Positions 26,255 through 34,432 of a stretch of 64,000 nt of DNA are shown here, piece by piece. Source of the stretch: an uncultured Planctomycetales bacterium. Its GTDB lineage: Bacteria; Planctomycetota; Phycisphaerae; UBA1845; Fen-1342. Both the position numbers and the translations under genes were made by a program. The stretch covers positions 389,908 through 453,907 of the forward strand of contig CAZKJT010000002.1 of assembly GCA_964553225.1 (NCBI GenBank), given 5' to 3'. Within the stretch, counting starts at the first letter, position 1, and each line of letters starts with the position of its first letter. A model generated the notes under the pieces. It saw only the letters and a program-made list of their open reading frames with translations, made no database searches and had not been told where the DNA came from.

Positions 26255-28860
26255 TTGTCTGAATCGCGGCGCGGTTCGGGCGATTCGCTCAGCACGTTTC
26301 CGAGCGACACTTGTTGCGCGATCCGGTTCAATTGAGCGTCGGGGATGGACGGCGGCTGAGAAAGATCGGCTGCGGCCAGCGCCTCGGCCAGCTCTTCAAC
26401 GCTCGTCTCGCGTTCGGTGCGGGCGAGCAACAGCCGCGCAAGCTGATAGCGAAACAGGAACGAGCGAACGGTCCGCGGGCCGACGCGGCGGGCCGCGCCG
26501 TCGGGACCGGCGCCGTTCGGTCGTGGGGCATAGCCGGTCGCGTGGATCAACTGCTCGGTGACATTGCGCTCCTCGTCCGGTGAGAAGTGGATCGCGCGGT
26601 CGAACCGGACTCTGCGAGCGCGCCTCTTCCGCGCGGCTTCATCGGGACTGCCTGCTTCGACGGCGGAAGGTCGCGGTGTCGAGCCTGCAACCCGTTCCGC
26701 CGGCTCATCGCGCGGACGCGCGGCGGAGGCGCGAACCGGCGGTGGCGGCGTGGCTGCGCCGCCGGGCGACTGAGGCGCGTTTGATGCGGAGTTCGCGGGC
26801 TTCGATTCGTCGTCCGCGGTGGATTCGCGCAGGCGTTCAAAGAACCGCTTGGCGACGTCGCGCACGTCGCGCTCGCGGAGGCGAGGCAGCCGCAGGTACG
26901 CCACGAAAAGCTTTTCAACGTTTTCGATGAACAGTTGCCGCGAAGTTCGGTGGTCGCGGAGCGCGGCGTCTCCCCGGTCGCAATACTTCTGCAGGATGGC
27001 CGCGGCCAGCGAAGACTCATCGACCAGCATCGCGACTTGCAGGCGATCGCGAACGGCGGCGCTCTCCAGGAACTGCTTCAGGCCCTCCATGACTTCGAGC
27101 ATCGCCTCTGGCCGGCAGCGATCCAGATCGTCGACCACGAGAAGCACCCGTCGCGGCGGCGCCGGGAATAAGCGCGCCCGCCAGCCGGCCGCGCCCGGCA
27201 GCGCGGCGTACTTCGCGAGAAGCCAGAAGCCGGCGGTGAACGCGAGCCAGGTGATCGCGAGCAACACGCTGATGCCGAGAAACGCAGCGTCGGCGGACAG
27301 CGCGTTCTCCGGATTGGATGCCGGCACAGCAGGGAGTTCGACGCCAAGGGACGCAGCGTCGCCGGATAGCGCCCCGCTGAGCAGCGGCGATAGCGCAGCC
27401 GCTCCGAGCATGCTTGCGCCGAAGTAGCACACGGTGGCCAAGGGGCCAAAGGCGTGGCGGAGCGCACGTTCGGCCGCGGTTGCCGGAGTCCGTGTGGGTG
27501 GAGCCTTCGGCGGCGGTGGTCGCCAGCCGACAAGCAGCGCTTCGAGGTCACGGCCGATGACCGCTTGCAGTCCCAGCGGCTGATCGTGCCGGGCCATCGA
27601 CCAGAGGTACGAAAGCGGTGATTGCGCCAACGTGCGCCCGGCGCGGGCCACGCGCGATAGGTAGGTCAACCCCCCGATCCCGAGCACCGCTGCAAACGGT
27701 TTGGCCCACTGGGACCACAGCGAGACGGACGCCACACCTACCGCAAAGACGAGCAGAGCGCCGATTAGCGTCAGAATCCCGTGGCGCGCGATGCCGGCCC
27801 GAATAACGATCGGCAGAGAGGCCCGCGCGCCGCTGCGTGTGGCGCGTTCGGCGATCGTCTCGTAGAGGTGCGCCCAGAGCGTAGGCGTCTGCGGATAGGC
27901 CCAGGCGCTGAAGTTGACCACCGCGTATTCGCCTTCGGCCTCCAGTTCGCGGCGAACCTTGTTCATGAGGAACGTCTTGCCGCGTCCCCAATGACCCAGC
28001 AGTCCGAAGCAGAAGTCATCGCCGCCCCGGCGGAACAGGTGGGCGATCGCCTGCGCATACCGGTCGGCGTTGAGCGTGGACTCGTCCTCGCTTGCATCGC
28101 GTTCCCAGGTCTCGCGTCCGCCGACGACGCGCCCTGTCGGGGGCGTTGAGGATTCGCGCGGCTCGGTGGCGTTCGGCTTGACCGTGACGGGCGCCTCTGA
28201 GGAAGTCTGCGCTTTCATGCCGTCGGGCGCGTTCGCGCTCCCTCGCTTGGATTGCCGCAATCGCTCGGGCGTATCGGAAGTCGCGTCGCCAGGCGGCGCG
28301 CTGACATGGGCGGATCCGGTATCGAAAAATGCGTCGCGAATTCGGTACGCACTACGAGATTCGAGGACGTCGGCCGGGACGATTGTGATGTTGTTGTCGG
28401 TCAGATCGAGCATCGACAAGCGAGGAAGGCGCTCGATGACGGCGCGAGCGCCCGCGTCGCCAATTTGGTTGTTGCTCAGCGACAGAATCCGCAGCGCGGA
28501 CAGGCGCTGAGCGATCGCGATTGCGCCGTCGTCGTCGACTTCATCGCTGAGCAGTTTCAGCTCCGTCAACTTCGGCAAACGCTCCGCGATCTCACGCGCG
28601 CCCCGGCTGCCGATGTGATGTCCCGCGAGGGACAGCGATTCGAGCCTATCCAGCTCGAACAATTCGCCGGGCAGGCCTTCAAGGGAACCGTTAACGCGGA
28701 ACACGTGCGCCCGTTCGTTCTGTGAGATGTCGCGAGTCGAGCCGGCGTAGCGATCACTGACCAGCGCCAGCGCGGTCCACTTCTCCTCCCGTGCGCGGCG
28801 CACGACGTCAGGAATCGCGTCGCGGTGAACCACCTCAAATTGTTGTGCCATGTCTGACAT
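26179..28860 (-). CDS. KAP-family P-loop NTPase with N-terminal leucine-rich-repeat (RI-type) domain, TM helices inserted in the NTPase core, and a long disordered Ala/Pro/Arg-rich C-terminal tail
   Basis: LRR units (LESLSLAGHHIGSRGAREIAERLPKLTELKLL..LRILSLSNNQIGDAGARAVIERLPRLSMLDLTDNNIT). Walker A GLLGHWGRGKTFLMNKV (the GxWGxGKT form typical of KAP). At least two hydrophobic helices between Walker A and Walker B (GILTLIGALLVFAVGVASVSLW; FLGISVLLAITWLAFTAGFWLLA). Walker B VLLVVDDLDRC. Start at MSDMAQQ, 27 nt after the xylB stop. Confidence 0.8.
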   Translation of the reverse strand: MSDMAQQFEVVHRDAIPDVVRRAREEKWTALALVSDRYAGSTRDISQNERAHVFRVNGSLEGLPGELFELDRLESLSLAGHHIGSRGAREIAERLPKLTELKLLSDEVDDDGAIAIAQRLSALRILSLSNNQIGDAGARAVIERLPRLSMLDLTDNNITIVPADVLESRSAYRIRDAFFDTGSAHVSAPPGDATSDTPERLRQSKRGSANAPDGMKAQTSSEAPVTVKPNATEPRESSTPPTGRVVGGRETWERDASEDESTLNADRYAQAIAHLFRRGGDDFCFGLLGHWGRGKTFLMNKVRRELEAEGEYAVVNFSAWAYPQTPTLWAHLYETIAERATRSGARASLPIVIRAGIARHGILTLIGALLVFAVGVASVSLWSQWAKPFAAVLGIGGLTYLSRVARAGRTLAQSPLSYLWSMARHDQPLGLQAVIGRDLEALLVGWRPPPPKAPPTRTPATAAERALRHAFGPLATVCYFGASMLGAAALSPLLSGALSGDAASLGVELPAVPASNPENALSADAAFLGISVLLAITWLAFTAGFWLLAKYAALPGAAGWRARLFPAPPRRVLLVVDDLDRCRPEAMLEVMEGLKQFLESAAVRDRLQVAMLVDESSLAAAILQKYCDRGDAALRDHRTSRQLFIENVEKLFVAYLRLPRLRERDVRDVAKRFFERLRESTADDESKPANSASNAPQSPGGAATPPPPVRASAARPRDEPAERVAGSTPRPSAVEAGSPDEAARKRRARRVRFDRAIHFSPDEERNVTEQLIHATGYAPRPNGAGPDGAARRVGPRTVRSFLFRYQLARLLLARTERETSVEELAEALAAADLSQPPSIPDAQLNRIAQQVSLGNVLSESPEPRRDSDNQDADAPATAPVDNSSTERKYTSSA

Positions 28861-28886
28861 CGTACTCTGTCGCGACTTGTCGCGCG

Positions 28887-30410
28887 TCAACCCATACCCG
28901 CCAGCGCGTGCATTTCCTGACGAAGCGCTGGATAGAGCGCGCGATAGCGCGCGTAGAGTTCGGCGTATCGCTTCGCCGCGACGCCGGGTTCGGCGCCGGG
29001 GCGGACCTGATTCGCGGCGCGCTGCGCCGCGTCGGCCGGGCGAATCACGCCGACGCCGATGCCCGCCAGCAGCGCCGCGCCATAGGCCGCGCCGCCGGAT
29101 GCGACGACCGGCACGGCCGAGACGCCGAGAACGTCGGCCAGAATCTGAAGCCAAGCGCGGCTTTGCGCGCCTCCGCCGGAGACTCGCACGAGCGACGGCG
29201 CGTCGCCCGATGCGCGGATCAACTCCATGCAATCGCGCAGGCCGAACGCCACGCCTTCCATCACTGCGCGGGCCAGCTCGGCACGGCCGTGTCGCGTGTT
29301 CAACCCCACGAACGCCCCGCGCGCGAGCGGGTCAGCGTGCGGAGTGCGCTCGCCGGAAAGATAGGGCAGGAAGAGCAGCCCGCCCGCGCCGGGCGGCACG
29401 TGTGCGGCCTCCTCCGCGAGCGCGCCGGGTTCGACGCCGAGCGTCGAGCAAATCCAGTGGAAGCTGCCGCCGGCGGCCAGCATTACGCCCATGACGTGCC
29501 AACGGTCCGGCGCGGCGTGACAGAAGGCGTGCAGGCGGCCCAGCGGATCGGGCTTGAACGACGCAGTCGGCGCGAACACCACGCCCGACGTGCCCAGCGT
29601 GATCGACATCGAGCCGGGTTCGACGATCCCCATGCCGATCGCCTGTGCGGCCTGATCGCCCGCGCCGGCGACGACCGGCGTACCGACGGCGAGGCCGGTC
29701 TGGGCGGCGGCGTCCGCGCCGACGCGCGCGACGACCTGCGGCGACTCGGCCACGGCCGGCAGCCACGCGGGCGGCACGTCGAGCGCGGCCCGCATCTCAT
29801 CGCTCCAGGCGCGGCGGCCGACGTCGAACAGCGACGTGCCGGAGGCGTCGGACACGTCGATGGAGAACGCTCCGCTGAGCCGGTGGACGACATAATCCTT
29901 CGGCAAGAGGAAGTGGCGTACGCGGGCGAATATGCCCGGTTCATGCTCACGAACCCACTCGATCTTCGGCGCGGTGAAGCCGGTCAGCAGACGATTGCCG
30001 GTGAGCTGAATGACGCGTTCGAATCCGACGCGCTGCGTGATGCGCTCGCATTGCTCAGCGGTGCGCTGATCGTTCCAGAGGATCGCGGGTCGTAGCACGT
30101 CGCCGCGCTCATCCAGCAGCACCAGGCCGTGCATCTGCCCGGCTAGGCCGATCGCGCCGATTCGTGTGGCCGGTGCGGCGCCGGACGCGTGCGCGCCGGT
30201 GCTGTCATGGACGCTGCTGAGCGTCTTGCGGATGCACATGCGCGCCGCCGCCCACCAGTCGTGCGGGTCTTGCTCAGACCAGGTGGGGCGCGGCGCGCTG
30301 ACGGGATAGTGTTCGTCGGTTTCGGCGGCGATCGAGCCGGCGGCGTCGATGAGAACGCATTTGCAGGACGTGGTGCCGATATCGAGGCCGAGCAGCAGGG
30401 GCGCGGACAT
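28887..30410 (-). CDS. xylB: xylulokinase (FGGY carbohydrate kinase)
   Basis: LGLDIGTTSCKCVLID..., ...GAGDQAAQAIGMG..., ...VSGGGAQSRAWLQILADVLG... are FGGY N- and C-domain signatures closest to XylB. Confidence 0.85.
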   Translation of the reverse strand: MSAPLLLGLDIGTTSCKCVLIDAAGSIAAETDEHYPVSAPRPTWSEQDPHDWWAAARMCIRKTLSSVHDSTGAHASGAAPATRIGAIGLAGQMHGLVLLDERGDVLRPAILWNDQRTAEQCERITQRVGFERVIQLTGNRLLTGFTAPKIEWVREHEPGIFARVRHFLLPKDYVVHRLSGAFSIDVSDASGTSLFDVGRRAWSDEMRAALDVPPAWLPAVAESPQVVARVGADAAAQTGLAVGTPVVAGAGDQAAQAIGMGIVEPGSMSITLGTSGVVFAPTASFKPDPLGRLHAFCHAAPDRWHVMGVMLAAGGSFHWICSTLGVEPGALAEEAAHVPPGAGGLLFLPYLSGERTPHADPLARGAFVGLNTRHGRAELARAVMEGVAFGLRDCMELIRASGDAPSLVRVSGGGAQSRAWLQILADVLGVSAVPVVASGGAAYGAALLAGIGVGVIRPADAAQRAANQVRPGAEPGVAAKRYAELYARYRALYPALRQEMHALAGMG

Positions 30411-30798
30411 TCAATCCCCTCCGATTCACCGGTCCGGGCGACGACCCGGGCGGCGAAGCGACATGATAGCCGCGCCGTCGATCGCAGGGGGCGGGAACGG
30501 TGCGTGGCGACGCCTGGCGACTGGGGCAGCCTGCTGCGAATGTGCGCGCAGCGCGGAGAAAAGAAGGCATTAACTTGACTTCTTGCGATTCTGTTGTAGG
30601 CTTCATGGACTAATGTTTGACTTCAACGGAGTGCATCGAGCGATGTTGTATTGGTCTTCCATACCAGCCACGAGCGAACGGCTCGGTCGTGCCAGTGCTG
30701 CGGGCTTCGCGGACTATTTCCGACTGCCCGGTCGCGCTGGCGACTCGCGCGGATGTGATCCTCCGATGTAGCAAGCCAGATGTTTCGGCTTTGCCACA

Positions 30799-30829
30799 GC
30801 CTCGGGGGCGTCGCCTCCGGGGCTTTTTT
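30799..30829 (+). terminator. intrinsic (rho-independent) terminator: GC-rich hairpin plus T6
   Basis: gcctcgggggcgtcgcctccggggc forms a roughly 9-bp GC stem (two G-U pairs) with a 7-nt loop, immediately followed by tttttt. No + strand CDS precedes it, so it would end a non-coding transcript. Confidence 0.5.
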
Positions 30830-31427
30830 GTTGCATCGTGTCGGGTCGAGTTCACTCAACGAAGCGGATCAGATGATTCTTGCGGCTCGGACAAAGCGTC
30901 CGGCCGCGACCGGGCGCTCCGCGCGCCCGCATAGGGACACTGCGTTCGATTCCGGCGTCGCCTGGCGGCGCACGCGGCGCCGCATCGCGGCTCGCCTGCG
31001 TGCGTTCCGACACAGGATTCAAACAGGGCGCTGGCACGGCCGCGGTTGGGAAGGGGTCGAGCGACCCTGGGTTCGAGTCCCCCCTGGAGGCTCCGGGATA
31101 GCGGGCCTCGCGAGGTGTTTCGTGCAGAACGGGCGGCTGGACGGCGGTCGGGCCGATCCGCCGGTCGCGGCGACGCGGCACGGTGGCGAAGACGCCATCG
31201 ACGCGCAGGCCGTGGCGCTTTCGAGCGGCTTTGCGAGCGTGCAGGTTCGGCTCGGCTCGAGCGATCCGGCAAAGTCCACGACCGACGGAGCGAACGCGCC
31301 GGAAATCGTGGAGGTCTGGAACGCGACAGCACGGCTGAAGCACTCTCCCGCTGCTTTCGATGGTCAGGCGATCGGCTTGGGCGACGAGCCAGCCGCCCGG
31401 CGCGGACTGTGAAAGGAGAAGTCAGGC

Positions 31428-32573
31428 ATGTTCGGTTTCATTCGGATTCGAACGCATGAGCGCGGCGTCTGGCTGCGCGACGGCGAGTTCTATCGGCTGG
31501 TGGGTCCGGGCCGGCACTGGCTGTGGCGGCGGCTGTACGGCAGCCGGCGCGACCGGATCGAACGCTTCAACGCGCTCGATACGCGCTTCTCGCACGCGCT
31601 GCTCGATGTGATCGCCGCCAGCGAGGACGCCGCGCGGCATCTGCTCGTGGTTGAACTTGCCGACGAGCAGCGCGCGGTGGTGTCGAAGGATGGGCGCGCG
31701 GCGTTTGTGCTCGGCCCCGGGCGGCATGCGTTCTGGCGGACGCCCGCGCGGCTGAGCGTGCAGACGTACGCGGTCGCGCCGGCACGGCTGGACGTTGAAT
31801 CGCTGGACGCGATCCTCGCTCTGTCCGAGGCGTCGAAGTGGCTGGAGTCCGTCGTCGTCGAAGGGCACGAGGAAGCGCTGCTCTTTCGCGACGGCGTGCT
31901 GATCGAGCGGCTCGGCCCCGGCCGGCATGTCTACTGGAAGCGCGGCGCCGCGCTGCGATTGCGCGCCGTCGATCTGCGCGAGCAGATCGCAGACGTGTCC
32001 GGGCAGGAGATCATGACGGCCGACAAGGTGGCGCTGCGCGTCAACCTGGTGGTGAGCTACCGGGTTGTCGATGCGGCGAAGTTCGCGGGCGTATCGGCCG
32101 ACGCGGCCCAGGCGCTCTACCGCGAAGCGCAGCTTGCGCTGCGGGAGGCGATTGGCGCGCGGACGCTGGACGGACTGCTGGCGGACAAGCAGGCGGTGGG
32201 CGCGGAGGTGGCGGGCGCGATCGCCGCTCGCGCGGCGCAGTTCGGCGCGGAAGTTCGCGGCGCGGGTCTGCGCGACGTCATCCTGCCGGGAGACGTGCGC
32301 GAGATCGTGAACCAGGTGGTCGCGGCTGAGAAGCAGGCGCAGGCCAACCTGATTCGCCGACGCGAGGAGACCGCGGCGGCGCGCAGCCAGGCGAACACGG
32401 CGAAGCTGCTGGCTGAGAATCCGGTGCTGGCGCGGATCAAGGAGCTCGAGCTGCTCCAGGAGATCCTCGCCGGCGCGAAGGCGACGTTTGTGCTGGGCAG
32501 CGGCGATCTGAGCCGACAGTTCGCCGCGCTCATTGGAAAGGAGGTGACGGCGCAGGATCGAGAGCTGAAGTGA
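31428..32573 (+). CDS. SPFH/band-7 (stomatin/flotillin-like) domain protein
   Basis: N-terminal repeated RxxGxWLRDG/GPGRHxxW modules, then a band-7 core and a long coiled-coil Ala/Glu-rich C-terminus (…VVAAEKQAQANLIRRREETAAARSQ…). Confidence 0.75.
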   Translation: MFGFIRIRTHERGVWLRDGEFYRLVGPGRHWLWRRLYGSRRDRIERFNALDTRFSHALLDVIAASEDAARHLLVVELADEQRAVVSKDGRAAFVLGPGRHAFWRTPARLSVQTYAVAPARLDVESLDAILALSEASKWLESVVVEGHEEALLFRDGVLIERLGPGRHVYWKRGAALRLRAVDLREQIADVSGQEIMTADKVALRVNLVVSYRVVDAAKFAGVSADAAQALYREAQLALREAIGARTLDGLLADKQAVGAEVAGAIAARAAQFGAEVRGAGLRDVILPGDVREIVNQVVAAEKQAQANLIRRREETAAARSQANTAKLLAENPVLARIKELELLQEILAGAKATFVLGSGDLSRQFAALIGKEVTAQDRELK

Positions 32574-32655
32574 TCACGGGGTTTTCGCGGCCGCGGCCGG
32601 AGAGCGCCTCCGACGCCGCGGCCGCGGCGCATCTGGAGCGGGCCGTGTCGGGCGG

Positions 32656-34113
32656 TCAGTCCTGAAACTCGTTCAGGATGGCCTTGGCCAGGTCGGACAG
32701 TTCGACTGTGCTTACGTCGGCATTCGCGAGCACGCAGACGGCGGTGTCGTCTTCGGGGCGCAGGACGAACGCGCTGGCGTAGCCGGGGCGCGCGCCGCCG
32801 TGGCCGACCTGATGGACGGCGTTTCCGGGGAGGGTGTCGGTAAAGAAGCCGATGCCGTAGTAGCGCTCATAGGGGCAGTTCGGATGGCAGCCGAGGTCGC
32901 TCGTGGACGACCAGAGGTCGCGAATCGCCGCGGGCGAGAGGGGGCCGCCGCGCCCGTGATAGCTATCGAGCAAGGCCTCGGCGAAGTGCGCCAGGTCGAT
33001 GACGGATGCGATGACTCCGCCGGCGGGATCGCGAGCCTCGGCATCGGCCTCGTCGAGGTGGTATATCTGCCAGGAGTAGGGATCGCCGGGCAGGGCATCG
33101 CTGCTGTAGAAGTTGTCTTCGCAGCGCGGATCGGTCTGGCTGAACAGGTTGATGTACGGGCCGACGTGCATCGTGGCGGTCTCGGAAACGCCCCAGACGT
33201 TGCCGATCACGGTCGATTGGGCACGGGCGCCGTCCAGCGTGGCGGTGCACATCCCGGTCGCGTCGAACACGCGCTGCTGCAATACGTCGGCGAACGGCTG
33301 TCCGGTGCGGTGGGCGACGTACGCGCCGGCCAGCGAGTAGTTGAACGCGGAGTAGTTGAAGCCGCCGCCGAGATTTCCGTACGGCGCGCTGTCGTAGTGC
33401 GGGCTGACGAGATCGTCCGGCTCGGACCAGAACGCGGCCAGATCGCCGGGGTAGCAGAACAGGTGCACCGCGCCATTGTCCACGCGGAACGCGCCGCGAT
33501 GCGTCAACAGGTCGCGGAGCGTCCGTTGCGGGTCGGCGAACTCCTGCGTGCCGTCGTCGTCGCGGACATAGTCAGCCAGCGCGAGCTCGCCGCTCTCCTC
33601 CAGCGCCTTGGCGGCGACGGCGAGCACCGACTTGCTGGTCGAGCCGACGCGGTACAGGCGGTGAATGCCGTCCGCGTTGCGGATGAACTGACCCTGTCCG
33701 ATGTATTCAAACGCGTCGGCGAAGTGCAGCACGCCATCTGTAACGACGGCGAACGCCATGTGCGTGACGAACGTCTCGTCGTTCATGAGTAAGTACGCGA
33801 CGCGCTCGCGGGCCCGACATTCCGGCTGGGCGTCGTTGGCCGGGTTCAGGTCCATCGGGCCGCACGCGCTCCACACGAATCCCGGATCGTAGGTCGTCTG
33901 CGGGCAGGCGTCGCGCGCGTCCAGCAGCCCGTCGCGGTCCGAGTCGACGTCGTACATCGCCGCGGGTCCGGCCGGCGACATGGGCCGCTGAGCCATGGCG
34001 CCCTGAACGCACGCCAGGATGAGCAACGATTGAAGTCGCCGGGCGCTTCGCCGCGCGGGCTGCCGCGCAGCCTCTTTGCCTTCCGGGCACGCGTTCGGAA
34101 TGTCGCGATGCAT
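32656..34113 (-). CDS. secreted beta-lactamase-family serine hydrolase with N-terminal thrombospondin-type-3-like Ca-binding motif
   Basis: Signal peptide. DSDRDGLLDARDACP (TSP3 DxDxDGxxDxxD) motif. Active-site S-x-x-K in GSTSKSVLAVAA. About 480 aa. Confidence 0.75.
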   Translation of the reverse strand: MHRDIPNACPEGKEAARQPARRSARRLQSLLILACVQGAMAQRPMSPAGPAAMYDVDSDRDGLLDARDACPQTTYDPGFVWSACGPMDLNPANDAQPECRARERVAYLLMNDETFVTHMAFAVVTDGVLHFADAFEYIGQGQFIRNADGIHRLYRVGSTSKSVLAVAAKALEESGELALADYVRDDDGTQEFADPQRTLRDLLTHRGAFRVDNGAVHLFCYPGDLAAFWSEPDDLVSPHYDSAPYGNLGGGFNYSAFNYSLAGAYVAHRTGQPFADVLQQRVFDATGMCTATLDGARAQSTVIGNVWGVSETATMHVGPYINLFSQTDPRCEDNFYSSDALPGDPYSWQIYHLDEADAEARDPAGGVIASVIDLAHFAEALLDSYHGRGGPLSPAAIRDLWSSTSDLGCHPNCPYERYYGIGFFTDTLPGNAVHQVGHGGARPGYASAFVLRPEDDTAVCVLANADVSTVELSDLAKAILNEFQD

Positions 34114-34432
34114 GGATCGTCTCCCAACCGGCTTCGCGGATGCGATCGGGCGTGCCGGCGACGGAACGAGGTCATTATACGTCGATCGCGCCCGCGGGAA
34201 CGACAAACCAGCCGGTGGGCATTGCGTTTCGCGCGGGCTGAGCGGCGATGCGGCCTGGTCGACGAATACCGGACCGGCAAGCACGGGTTCGGGCGGCCAC
34301 TTGGATTCGGGGCGTTCGGGGCGCTCGCCACACAGGGCGTGCATCGTTAGCCTGCCGGGAACAGCCTGCGCGCCGCGGCGTTTTCAGCCAACGTCTTCAC
34401 GCGGTGCGTGCGGCGTCTGGAGGACCGTCGTG

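Noticed and set aside
29332-29950. Arg-rich ORFs on both strands inside xylB.
   Set aside because: They are embedded in and out of frame with a well-supported FGGY kinase and are translation artefacts.
30950-31080. tRNA- or tmRNA-like T-arm motif GGGTTCGAGTCCC.
   Set aside because: No acceptor, D or anticodon arms could be built around it. No tmRNA tag reading frame ending in a typical ...AA stop, and no 5' GGGG partner. Treated as a chance motif or degraded fragment inside the candidate sRNA region.
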